Of a stretch of DNA of 64,000 nt, positions 15,341 to 28,124 are shown piece by piece. The stretch is from Eledone cirrhosa (Eukaryota). The notes beneath the pieces are model-generated. The model had not been told where the DNA came from. It made no database searches and saw only the letters and a program-made list of their open reading frames with translations. Position numbers and translations under genes: made by a program. Every line of letters begins with the position of its first letter. The first letter of the stretch is position 1. The DNA is taken from NCBI GenBank assembly GCA_964016885.1, contig OZ024758.1:14384001-14448000 (forward strand), written 5' to 3'.

Positions 15341-15498
15341 GTAGAACACTGGAGGGTTAAATCCGTAGTAGTAGAGCACTCAGTCCATGGGACGAGTTTT
15401 GTAGTAGTTCCACAACAGTTAGTTCACCATTACTGAGAACAATTGTTTCACTTTAGTCGGACCATTTGTTTTTTCTTTTCCGTACAATCTCATTTAAA

Positions 15499-15539
15499 CC
15501 GAGCTGATGATCCGACTAAGGTGAAACAATTATTCTCGG
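15499..15539 (+). ncRNA. Minimal type I hammerhead ribozyme motif, family C
   Basis: CCGAG CTGATGA TCC-GACTAA-GGT GAAA CAATTA TT CTCGG; the inverted partner near 15430-15462 retains palindromic CAATTG. Confidence 0.62.
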
Positions 15540-15819
15540 AAATGGTGAATTAACTGTTGTGGAACTACTACTAATATATATATATATATATATATATTAA
15601 TAAGAGGAATTCCAACTTTGTCTGATTTACTCGTTTTATTTACAATCCTTTAACATTTATAATGGTATTATAATGAAATAGTATGATAGAATATTAAATG
15701 TTAAGTGTTAATTGAACAAGTACTTTCATGCTTTCGCAATCTTCAGGTTCATAATGTGTGGTGACAGTCAAGTTTGCATCACAGTTGAAAATTGCAAACT
15801 TGACTGTCACCACACATTA

Positions 15820-15858
15820 TGAACCTGAAGATTGCGAAAGCATGAAAGTACTTGTTCA
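15820..15858 (+). ncRNA. Minimal type I hammerhead motif, family D (mirror copy on - at 15713-15751)
   Basis: TGAAC CTGAAGA TTGC-GAAA-GCAT GAAA GTAC TT GTTCA; GNRA-capped stem II, palindromic GTAC loop III. Confidence 0.7.
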
Positions 15859-16267
15859 ATTAACACTTAACATTTAATATTCTATCATACTATTTCATTA
15901 TAATACCATTATAAATTTTAAAGTATTGTAAATAAAACGAGTAAATCAGACAAAGTTGGAATTCCTCTTATTAATATATATATATATAGTGTGTGTGTAT
16001 GTAAAAAGTAAACAGAAATAACAACACAATCGGTACAGTATATGGAAGGTATATATTAGGTTAACGCTTGATATACCAGGAAGATACACACACACAATAT
16101 AAGGGATGTATACATATTTTGATTACTTCTACAGGCAATATTTATTAGAATGCTGTTGAAGTGTGTGTACATTTTTTAGGATAACCTGTGTGTGTGTGTG
16201 TGTGTGTGTGTGTATACGAGTACTTTGGTGCGTTATGGTCCACCTGGTATCTTACCACACCTTTGTA

Positions 16268-16365
<98 letters not shown>

Positions 16366-16481
16366 CAAAAGTTCTATTTAAAGTTGTTGGGATACAACAA
16401 GTAAATATTTTTATAACTGATATAAAGCACTCGACAAGTTTTTGGAGTAGATATACGATATTAATAAATGGAAACTATATT

Positions 16482-16546
16482 TATTTCATTATACATATTT
16501 CAGGGATACCACATTAAATTATGGTATGCCTTCATCAGACAAAATA
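16482..16546 (-). ncRNA. Minimal hammerhead motif, family A (left arm of inverted duplication)
   Basis: Reverse complement of 16649-16713. Confidence 0.68.
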
Positions 16547-16648
16547 CAATATATAACAGTTTTACAAATAGCTTCAGACAGCCTCCAAAAGTAATGGTTG
16601 CATTTTAAAAGGGTACGTCAAAGCTATTTGTAAAACTGTTATATATTG

Positions 16649-16713
16649 TATTTTGTCTGATGAAGGCATACCATAATTTAATGTGGTATCCCTGAAATAT
16701 GTATAATGAAATA
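16649..16713 (+). ncRNA. Minimal hammerhead motif, family A
   Basis: TATTTTGT CTGATGA AGGCATACCA..TGGTATCCCT GAAA TATGTA TA ATGAAATA. Confidence 0.7.
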
Positions 16714-17104
16714 AATATGGTTTTATAAATATAGTTTCCATTTATTAATATCGTATATATATATATATATATATTATATATATGAAATGCGCATAATAAA
16801 ATACTTGGAACTCTTTTAACCATCTTTTGATCTTATATTATATATATATATATACATACACACTCGTGTGATGTTAACGGACGTAAGGCTAAGTACTAAA
16901 CACCGAAGTAGAGTTTAAATATTCTTTATTGTGGCTAAATTAGATGAGTCTTTGTTACTCTGGAGATTTTCACCTATGTAGGGTAGGTTGTACATACCCA
17001 CAATATCATCAAATCCTTACCCCTCCGTCTGAAGGAACGTACGGTGACAAAATCTTGAGTAGCTACCGTGTGAATCATCTGCTTTGAATGGGATATACTA
17101 ATGG

Positions 17105-17320
17105 TGAAGGCGTGAAGCTGGGTGGTTAGAGAATTGGATTCACAATGTTGAGGTTGTGAGTTCGATTCCTGGACCGGGCGATGCGTTATGTCCTTGGGCA
17201 AGACACTTTATTTCACGTTGCTCCTTCTACCTGGAGTTGCGACCGATAGATAGTACTAGCAACTGGAAAGACCAACGGAAACATTGTTTCCTCGGTCCGA
17301 TATGACGAAAGTCGATCGAT
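17105..17320 (+). mobile_element. tRNA-derived SINE family 2 with CORE-like central domain
   Basis: B-box GAGTTCGATTCC then TGTCCTTGGGCAAGACACTTTA. Copies at about 19235-19445, 35260-35590, 38065-38410, 40190-40425(-), 41175-41290, 51958-52090. Confidence 0.75.
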
Positions 17321-17569
17321 CCTTTATACTATACACACTATAAATCCTTGTCGGGAAATATACAGGTGTTCTTTAGCTTCAATTTGTGTACTATTGTTCA
17401 ATCATACGCACGCATACACACACACACATATATATATATATATACTAACACATACACACACATGTATATATATACTAACACATACACAGTACGATATATT
17501 TATACACAAACAGTATAGTTTATTGGTTTTCTTTCACATCATTAAACTAATTGCAATTACACAGTTAAA

Positions 17570-17632
<63 letters not shown>

Positions 17633-18057
17633 TGTTACATATATATATACACATTGTTAAAAGTATTCGATAGAAACTTAACTTTCCAAGACATTGATTA
17701 TAAAGATAATTTCACACAAAATCTGTGTGCGTGTCCCCTCAAAAAATGTATACATATATTTATTAGAATGCTGTGTATACATTTTTGGGACACTCTCTCT
17801 CTCTATATATATATAGGGTGTCCCAAAAATGTATACACACTTGATCAAAAGAAACAAACCGAGGATTATAATAAATGTTCGGTAAACCGATACGTGCATA
17901 TATATATATATATATGTGTGCATGTATGTATACATATACATACTACTGTACGTCTGTATACATATATGTATGTCTGTACGTATATATGTATGTACGTATA
18001 CATATATGTATGTACGTATACATATATGTATGTACGTATACATATATGTATGTACGT

Positions 18058-18092
<35 letters not shown>

Positions 18093-18289
18093 ACAATGAA
18101 AACAAAACAAAAGTCAGAGATAGGTAATTAATTAGTTCATTGTTTTTCGATCGTTCCAGAGGGTTGATTAATCGGTTTAACGAGTATCATTAATTTCTAT
18201 ACAGTACAAACAAACAGTTGTTTAACTCTAGGCCATATCTGACCGAGCAGACCTTATGGGCAAATGCATTTCACAGACCTCCGAGCAAT

Positions 18290-18582
18290 CGTTGATAATT
18301 ACGTTGTCTAAACTATGCAGTGAGGAAATGCCTAAACAGATTAAGATCTGGTGTTGGTCGTGCAAAACCCAATCTGGCAAAATGGAGATATTTAAAGAAT
18401 GGGGACATTGTGTATGACTGCAGCATCGAACCACAGACTACACAGCACCTCCTGATATTCCCCCTACACAGCATTGGACAGCAGAGTTTAATGAGAAAGG
18501 ACAGCAATGTGTTCAGGTGTGGTGGGACCACATCTAGCCAAGCTCTGTAGCCGACACTCTTGTGGACACGACAAGAAGAAGA
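18290..18582 (+). pseudogene. Non-LTR (Ingi/Vingi-like) 3' fragment with (AAG)n tail
   Basis: CLNRLRSGVGRAKPNLAKW..DC..EPQTTQHLL resembles a CCHC-type C-terminus. Confidence 0.5.
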
Positions 18583-18673
18583 TGTTGTCCAATGTATCTT
18601 GCTTTTAGTTCAGACGATAGAGGTTAGATTTGAGGGAAATTTGGCAGCTATTTCTAAAAAGTTCAGCAACCAC

Positions 18674-18782
18674 TGAATAAGGAATTCCCGGCAGGCGCAG
18701 TCATAAGCCCACACCGATCACGTCTCTGCCCTTCCTTTGTACACATCACCCGTCGCTACTACCGGTCCGGTGAGGCCCTCGG
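18674..18782 (+). pseudogene. 18S rRNA 3'-region fragment (diverged)
   Basis: GGAATTCCC..GTCATAAGC..GTCTCTGCCCTT..TTTGTACACA..CCCGTCGCTACTACCG..GTGAGGCCCTCGG matches the conserved SSU rRNA 3' region. Confidence 0.8.
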
Positions 18783-18950
18783 GTAGGCCCTGCACGAGAT
18801 GAGCTGGATATCATCAGGGAAGATCTCCGGAGGCTCGACATCACCTTAGAGGATGTAGAGGAACTGGCATGGGACCGTCAGCGATGGAGGGCGCTGGTGG
18901 ACCTGGTCGGCTATACACACGACAATGCGTTGCGATCGCTGGCTTAGGGT
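18782..18950 (+). mobile_element. RTE-like LINE 3' end fused directly to the 18S fragment
   Basis: GRPCTR/LDIIREDLRRLDITLEDVEELAWDRQRWRALV. Confidence 0.7.
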
Positions 18951-19502
18951 GACCCCGGCCTCGTTGAGCAAGAACAAGAAGATATCTGGTCGGTTTTGTA
19001 ACAGGTTGAGGATCCTAGGCCTAGATCCCATCACCGTCCTCATTCTTCTGTGACCCTAGAGCCCTTGCCTTTCCGGCTTCCATAACCACGAAAGACTTTT
19101 GAACGTATGATAGTAAGTGGGATATGTGAATTAGTACAAAATGTAAGGGGACTAATTTTCCTTTGTTCTGTCGCGTGCCATGTGTTTGAGACACCTGGTG
19201 TAGTAGGACTGATGTATGTGTAATAAATATCTAGTGAAGGTGTGTAGCCGAGTGGTTAGAAAATTGAATTTGCCATCGTGAAGTTACGAGTTCGATACCC
19301 GGACCGAGCAATGCATTAATTATATCCTTGAGCAAGGTACTTTATTTCACGTTGCTTCTTCAGCCAGGAGTTGCGACCGATAGATACTATCAACAACGGA
19401 AAGACAAATGGAAACATTGTTTCCTTGGTCCAATCTGACGAGTTCCACCTCCACAGTCGGTAAGCAAATGATCGTTAGGAAGAGGGGGTGGGGTATCTAC
19501 AC

Positions 19503-20332
19503 CAGTGGTTCCCAAAGTGGGTTCCGCAAAGGAGTGTCTGAGGTTCCAAGAAAAAAGGTAAAGGAGTATATTTATATTACGATTATATAATAACTGTTTC
19601 TACCTTTGGGACAAGGCCACCAATTATCCCAGTACATTACTGGTACTTTATTTTATCGACCCCGTAAGGATGAAAGGCAAAGTTAAACTTGGGCACAGGG
19701 CCAGCAATTTTGTGGGTGATGGAAAGGAAAATCGATTAGATCGACCTCAATACTTGAGTGGTAACTTTATTGTCGGCTCTGTAAAGATGAAAAGCAAAGT
19801 TGATCTCGTCGGCATCTTTACGTTCTGGGTTCAAATCCCGACGAGATCAACTTTGCTTTTCATCTTTACAGAGCCGACAATAAAGTTACCACTCAAGTAT
19901 TGAGGTCGATCTAATCGATTTTCCTTTCCATCACCCACCAAATTGCTGGCCCTGTGCCCAAGTTTAACTTTGCCTTTCATCCTTACAGGGTCGATAAAAT
20001 AAAGTACCAGTAATGCATTGGGATAATTGATAATTGGTGGCCTTACAAAGCATGGTGTCTGACGCTCTACCGATGCTGCCAATATATAATTGTTTCTACC
20101 TTTTGGCACAAGGCCACCAATTATCCCAGTGCATTACTGGTACTTTATTTTATCGACCCTGAAAGGATGAAAGTTAACCATGGCAGGATTTGAACTCAGA
20201 TTGTAAAGGGCCTTAACTATGCTGCAAAGCATTTTGTCTGGCGCTCTACCAATTTTGCCAAACCATAATATTAGACTTTGGGGTTCTCCCAAAGGTTTCT
20301 GAACCAAAAAGGTTTCAGGTTGGGAAACCCTG
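19503..20332. mobile_element. hAT-like MITE carrying nested SINEs
   Basis: TIRs CAGTGGTTCCCAA / TTGGGAAACCCTG; perfect 8-bp TSD ATCTACAC. Confidence 0.85.
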
Positions 20333-21176
20333 ATCTACACAACCCCTAGCTTAGCGAGCTAGTCATTGAGAAAGATATATGGTCACTCGACCAGCTAGAA
20401 ACAGTAGCGAAATTTCTCTCAAATCATTTCCCTATCGTTTTAAAAGCTACACTGGATAATGTATAGAGGGTGCCCCCCCCCCCCCAATGTATACACACTT
20501 CAATAACATTCTAATAAATATTGCCTGTACAGATAATCGAAGTATGTATACATTTTTGGGGGACACCCTGTAGTTCAAGACACATTGTATTGCTTTTTAT
20601 CAAATAACTATGTTAAAGACTGACTTACACACCACCATAGGCGCTGAGCTGGCCAGCCGCAGGTGTGAGCCTCGCGAGTTGGAGTGGCCTTTTCCAGCGC
20701 GTCTCCCTTGGCGTCCTCCGGGGAAACGCCTTCTCCATTCTGTCCGCCGGGGCTGTGGGTTGGCCCCATCGCGTACCGTTGTGGTTGTAGTATACAGATA
20801 TTAACTCATCAATCCCATTGTCCTACTCCAAAAAGTTCTAATTCGCGTCAACAAACTTCAAACGTCTCGCTTAGCTCAGGTAATCCTGTAACACAATAAT
20901 TGCCAGGAGGCGTCTCAAATTGGGTCGCAGTCTAATTCTGAAAGGATCACGAAGGTAAATAAATACTTTTGCTTATGAAATATTTGATAAAATGTCAAAT
21001 ATGCAAGCATATGTTATTCAACAAGTCTGAAACATAAGTAACAGTGTAGCTTCAACTCACGAACTTAATTCGTTTCTGAAGGCAGTTCGTCACCCGAAAT
21101 ATTCGTGAACCGAAACTATTTTGTCCTCATACAAAATGTTGAGAGAGATAGAGAAATACTGTGTGTGAAAGATATA

Positions 21177-21213
<37 letters not shown>

Positions 21214-21250
21214 CTATATATATATATCTATATATATATATATATATATA

Positions 21251-21331
<81 letters not shown>

Positions 21332-23711
21332 ATATATATATATATATATATCTATATATATATATATATATATATATATCACCATAGTAACTAGCTACAC
21401 AGCAAGTGACGCTTTCCCGCCGATACTCCCATCTTGTCGCCAACTGCTGTTGCCGGCTTGCGTGTTCGTTGCTCGAGACACCATTCGTCAACCAAGATGT
21501 TTTATGTTCGGAAAAAAATGTCCGTGAACTGAGGTTCCACTATACTACAACACAATATTTATTTAAAAAACAAAAACAAAAAAAAAAAATTTTTTTTTCA
21601 GGAAAAGGTATGAACCCCACCCCTTGTTTTTATTAAAGGGTCGCGGGGTGGGGGTGGGGGGGGCTATTGATTTCTGAAAAATAGGACGCAATGTTCAAAT
21701 AACTTTAAAAAAAGATTTTAAAAAATACATTCGATGATAGTTCTAGATAAACTGTGCCTGATAGGAATAGCCTGGGTCTTGAACAATAATGACAAATAGC
21801 AGGTCAAGTGAATAAAAGACTAGATTAAAATATTCATACAAGAATGTAAAACGCCGTGACACACAATCTCGAGTATTTAAGATACATTTTTTATTTTATT
21901 TATTTAATTATTTTTTCACCTGAAATCTGATCTTTTTCAAAACAAGACAACAAGCACGAAAATATACCTTAGAATTGTTTCTACTTTAGGCACAAGGCCA
22001 GCAATATTTGGTGAGGGGGAAGTCGATTAAATCAACCTCAGTACATTACTGGTACTTTATTTTATCGACCCCGTTAGGATGAAAGGCAAAGCTAATCTCG
22101 GCGAAAACACTATAATTTTGGTGGGAGACGAAAGTAGATTAAATCGACGCCAGTGCATTACTGGTACTTTATTTTATCGATCCCATAAGGATGAAAGGCA
22201 AAGCTTAACGGAGAAAACATTTATTAAAAAGAACAAAAAAAAAATGAATCAAGCAACGAAAGAAAAGGTGATGGAAAGGAAAATCGATTAAATCGACCTC
22301 AATACTTGAGTGGTAATTTTATATTGTCAGGTTTGTGAAGATGAAAAGTAAAGTTGATCTCGGTGGGATTTGAACTCAGAACGTAAAGTGCCGTAACTCT
22401 ATGCTACAAAGCATGGTGTCAGACGCTCTACCGATACTGCCAATATATAATTGTTTCTACTTTTGGCACAAGGCCACCAATTATCCAAATGCATTACTTG
22501 TACTTTATTTTATTGACCCCCGTAAGGACGAAAAGCAAAGTTGACCTACATTGGATTTGAACTCAGAACTTAAAGAGCCCGAATAAATACAACAAAGCAT
22601 GTTCACCAAAGCTCTAATGATTCTATCAATCCACTTGGTTCTATAAAATATTTTAATTGTAATAAAGTCTATTTTTGTTTATAGCAGGTTACATTCCAAG
22701 GAAATCTGATATCTGTTCATCACAATTAGGTTAATTGAGGAATGTAGAATTTATGTGACACCAAGAAATGACCCCCTTCTTATGGAATCGGCTACTTTGC
22801 CTCTCTTTAAATAGTTCTTCCGTCGCTCAGCATGCAACCAAGTCTCTCTCTCTCTTACCACGCCATGCCATGATGTCTTTAAAATATAGGAAAAGCACAT
22901 ATAATAATCGAGTCCAAGATATATTATCAGATCTGTCAACTCTCGGTACGACGTTTTTTTTCTCTCTCTAGCTGCCGACCATTCTCTTCCCTGTAGCAGG
23001 TACACTATACAGGAGTTGCTTTTGGTATGTGCATAGGCATGATGCGACCAGTTCAGGGAATTTGGTTCTTTTGCCAAAGAGTGTGCATTGATAGGAGTTT
23101 TACTCGTTAGAACACTTCTGTGTTGACTCGTATATAAACTACTTCACATATATATATTCTAACGACGAGGTTAATAATCTTCCCGAATAATTATGGTCTT
23201 CGTAACTCTGATCTCAGACATTTAACCATAAGGCGTCTTCTTATATCAACAACACAGACCGGTCAACTCTCCCTGTCCGACTGGGAGATCTCCCACCCAC
23301 TTTCGGGTGGGTGAGAGGTGTCCTTTTTGTGAAAATGGGTATAGTTTTCATTGTGTAAAGCCCCCCCCCCCCCCTCATTTTGACTCATTTCTTTACGTTT
23401 TAGGACACTTTTTTTCATGATACTCCCCGTTTGGACTTTTAGAGGTTGGCAGGTCTGCATTATGTCTGAATAAAAGACGGGATAGTCACAGATGGAACGT
23501 CTTTAATAAGTTTCATAAGGTAAACCACGATACTTTTATTTGTACAGTAAGTCTATTTCTATGCTTGGTCGATTCAATGTATAACGACAGCGAAATACAT
23601 GAATTTGCCGCTCTGATACCGTTACTGAGGTAGCTGTGACACATACATGATCACAACTTGTCATAACCTCAAATATTCACAGCAAGACTAAATATATATT
23701 ATATATAAACA

Positions 23712-23900
23712 TGGCGGTGGATTGGCAGTATCGGTGGAGGGTCGGACGCCATGCTTTCCAGCATAGTTACGTCCCTTTACGATCTGAGTTCAAATCCCGC
23801 CGAGGTTAACTTTGCCTTTCATCCTTACGGGGTCGATAAAATATAGTACCAGTAATGCACTGGGTAATTGCTGGCCTTGTGCCTAAAGTAGAAACAATTG
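23712..23900 (+). mobile_element. tRNA-derived SINE family 1, full-length example
   Basis: A-box TGGCAGTATCGG, B-box GAGTTCAAATCC, tail ..GTGCCAAAAGTAGAAACAATT. Other copies or fragments at about 1-215, 805-912, 11320-11500, 19590-20265, 21975-22630, 32385-32710, 33800-34095, 36220-36405, 39915-40108, 43400-43590, 47695-47900, 62085-62265. Confidence 0.85.
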
Positions 23901-24351
23901 TATATGACTTCAGATATTATATATAAACCTTGTATTGGACTTACGATCATAATGTCGTGGGTTCGATTTCTGAACCGGGTTGTGTGTTGTATTCTTGGGA
24001 AAATTTCACAATACCCCAGTTTACTCAGTTGAAAATGTGTTACTCTGCGATGGACTGGTATCCTGTCCAAGAGGAGTCTTGTAATATCACTCGTTTAATG
24101 TCAATTAAACCGGGGTAAGTACAGGCCTGGTGAGTCTCCGGGTTGATATATACACACACACAGATTATTTCTGAAGACAGCAGTTAGAGAGGACGTATGT
24201 ATATTTTCTTACTATGATATTTTGTAATATATTTTACGTAGATCAATAATAGAATGGACATACGGGGAACTACCCCCCGGAAACGATCGTAAAATAATGA
24301 GTTTTACTATGAATTAACCCTTTTTTGTTTAATTTCATTGTTTTCACTATT

Positions 24352-24386
<35 letters not shown>

Positions 24387-24529
24387 AGCAGATAGACAAA
24401 ATATACCTACATATCCCCTTTCTATGTTTTCTTCTCTATATACTGTATTAAGAGCCCGGTAATTATTCCTTGAGCTCATAAAATTACACGAGTTTAACGC
24501 GTCTTTAACTCCGTTTTTTCACACACACA

Positions 24530-24594
<65 letters not shown>

Positions 24595-24745
24595 GACTCT
24601 TTATTCGTATATCGACGTATGGGAGTCAACAGTCTTTTCAGTTCATTTTTTATGGTTATGCCTTAAATGTCATTTTAGTCAAGCGGCATTTAGTGCAAAT
24701 GATCGGGTTTTGAGCAGAGCAGGATGGAATGTTTGATTTGATTAG

Positions 24746-24791
<46 letters not shown>

Positions 24792-24794
<3 letters not shown>

Positions 24795-24909
24795 AAGGCG
24801 GGTAAAATTCCCGAGATCCATGGACGAGTTCTCTCCAGCGGTCTCTGTCCCTCATTATCGCTGCCATGTCCTGCATCTCCAACAGACCAGTGTCTGTCCT
24901 TAGGGCATC
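24792..24909 (-). mobile_element. Short 3' fragment of the RTE family between two (TA)n tracts
   Basis: Matches 52121-52237. Confidence 0.85.
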
Positions 24910-25633
24910 TATATATATATATATATATATACTAATTTAAGGTATCACAGCATATATATCATGTATGATACTTGTGTTTCTTAGTAGAAAAGCTCCTATT
25001 TTTCCAAAATATGATGTGATTTATGTGTGTACAAAATACTATGTATTTCTCAAACAATATATATCTCTTTCTTTCTCTCTATATACAAATACTTCCAAAT
25101 TTTAATTATATATATATATTTCTGCATATGTATGCTGGCATTAGGATGTGTGTTTTCCTGCCAGCGGCATATCAAATATATCGATCTTCATCTGAGGAAA
25201 CCGTTCTCATAATAAACAGCAAATGCATGAAGGACTTCTCGATTGCATGGAGAACTGTAGAAATAATTATTATGATTAAACGATATATGTAACCTCAGCA
25301 TCTTATTTTGTTATAAATATATATATATATATATATATACAAGAAGGTAGTACAGCATAATCGAAGCTCTGGTTGTGGGCAAGCTAACGAATGCTGTCGG
25401 GAAGTGCAGCCAAAAGCACTCAATAAGGAATTTTACCTTAGAGTTATAACATTACGTTTTGACAGCTATGCAAATTGAAGCCAGCGACCGAAATGCGAGC
25501 CGCTGGGACCAGAACAACGAAAAAACCGACTCAGGGAAATGTTTGTGACGTGTATGTGTCTTTTAGTTTTTAACATATAGTATTCATTCATAGGCCATAC
25601 TTCCAAATTTTAATTATATATATATATTCTATT

Positions 25634-26060
25634 CTAGGGCGGGTAAAATTCCCGAGATCCATGGACGAGTTCTCTCCAGCGCTCTCTGTCCCTCATTATC
25701 GCTGCCATGTCCTGCGTCTCCAACAGACCAGTGTCTGTCCTTAGAGCATCAACATACGTTAACCTTGGTCTTCCTCTTCTAGTGTGTCCATGTAGGGGCT
25801 CCCACAGGAGCACTGAGTGCAATGTCAACTCTGGATGTCGGTGAGCATGTCCAGCCAACCTCAGTCTCCTCTGTGTCACTTTTGAGTTGACTTTTGGGAG
25901 GCTCCCATACAGCTCTGAGTTTTTCATCTTCAGTGAATACTGATTAATGTTCAGAGCCATCCTCAGCATTCTCGTGTAGCACCCATCCACCATCTGAGTG
26001 ACTTTCTTGGTCAGTGTCCAAGTCTCAGACCCGTACAGCAGCACAGACTCCACTACAACC
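25634..26060 (-). mobile_element. 5'-truncated copy of the same RTE family
   Basis: Near-identical to 53355-53499 plus 52121-52403; continuous reading ...KNSELYGSLPK... Confidence 0.9.
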
Positions 26061-26197
26061 CTACGTGTGTTTGGCCCTTTAGTTTTTAATATATAGTATT
26101 CATTCATAGGCCATACCTAACCTAGCGTACGGAATTAACCTGACCTTTCTGCAAACTTAACATTTAACCTCACATATATGAGGTTACAATCCACACA

Positions 26198-26293
<96 letters not shown>

Positions 26294-26677
26294 AGGTACA
26301 TCTGCACTGGTCCACGTTACACACATGTTAAAATATCAACAACGATATTGACATCCTGCCTCGGCAGAAACAATTATTTCCTTTGAAGGATTTCCAAACT
26401 TAAGACGTGGATTTTTAACTTGAGCTCAGGGTCAAACTACTTGTGAAGTAGGTGGGGGGAGAGATAGGTATTTGTGTTGCTGTTGACTGTGTAATCTAAC
26501 TGTAGTGATCATTAAGACAAGGTGTACTGAATTGATAGGCGGCAAATTGGCAGAGTCGTTAGAATGTCGGATAGAATGCTTTGTGGTAAGTGTCTCACCT
26601 ATGTACAATATATTCTTATATTTACATTGTCCCTCAGTACATCTTATGCTATATACTATGATTCTAGTTTTACAGTT

Positions 26678-26995
26678 AACATAGTATATAGCATAAGATG
26701 TACTGAGGGACAATGTAAAGATAAGAATATAATGTACATAGGTGAAACAGCTCGTAGCATAGGAGATTAAATGAACACTGGCGAGATCTCCAAGATAGAA
26801 AAGACTCATCGGTACTCCACCAACATGCTAAAATAGAACATAAGGGCAAATTAGAGAACATAGAAATAAAAATAAAATCTACACACAGAAAAGACGCAAT
26901 GTTTAGACAAATCAGAGGCAATAAACATAAATGAACTCCAACCAAAATTAAATAGAAAATATGAATGGAATAGCAACATCACAACTTACAATTAA
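26678..26995 (+). pseudogene. Penelope-like element GIY-YIG endonuclease remnant (frameshifted)
   Basis: NIVYSIRCTEGQCKDKNIMYIGETARSIG / LNEHWRDLQDRKDSSVLHQHAKIEH..MFRQI / EAININELQPKLNRKYEW: VY...YIGET motif, C-C-H-H residues and terminal LN motif. Confidence 0.8.
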
Positions 26996-27524
26996 GGACA
27001 ACATGAAAACACACACACATAGAACAAACAACTAACTAGTAACATGTAAATAAAATAATAAATAAACAAATAAAAACACACAGACACCCGTATGGAGTAC
27101 CTATGAAGGAAAAAAAAGTACGTTAAATGATATAATCTAGATATAAACAGCAACAACAATAACATTTCTGACGAGGGCTGTGAATTGGCAGAATCGGTAG
27201 AGCATCGGACACTCTGCTTCACGGCATAGAGTTACGGCCTTTTACATTCTGAATTCAAATCCTGCCGAGGTGGTCAACTTTGCCTGTCATCCTTTCGAGG
27301 TCAATAAAAAAAAAAAAGGTACCAATCTAGTACTGGGATCGATTCTTCCTATGTATCTCTTTCTCCCCCCCCCCTCTCTCTCTCTCTCACGTTCGATCTT
27401 TCTCTGGAAGAAATCTGCTGTACTCAGGTCTAGAGAGGGATGGGGTCTGCCAGGCTTTAAAAACACACAAGAAACGCCGTATGTCAATATGGCGCCCCTA
27501 CAACTCTATCAGGAGTTATGGGAC

Positions 27525-28085
27525 CATACATACATACATACATACATAGACATATATACTACATACATAGACATATATACTACATACATACATACATAGA
27601 CATATATACTACATACATACATACATAGACATATATACTACATACATACATACATAGACATATATACTACATACATACATACATAGACATATATACTACA
27701 TACATACATACATAGACATATATACTACATACATACATACATACATAGACATATATACTACATACATACATACATACATAGACATATATACTACATACAT
27801 ACATACATAGACATATATACTACATACATACATACATAGACATATATACTACATACATACATACATAGACATATATACTACATACATACATACATAGACA
27901 TATATACTACATACATACATACATAGACATATATACTACATACATACATACATAGACATATATACTACATACATACATACATAGACATATATACTACATA
28001 CATACATACATAGACATATATACTACATACATACATACATAGACATATATACTAACTACATACATAGACATATATACTAACTACA
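27525..28085. repeat. ~29-bp minisatellite (CATA)nGACATATATACTA
   Basis: Direct tandem units following the composite SINE tail. Confidence 0.9.
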
Positions 28086-28087
28086 TA

Positions 28088-28124
<37 letters not shown>

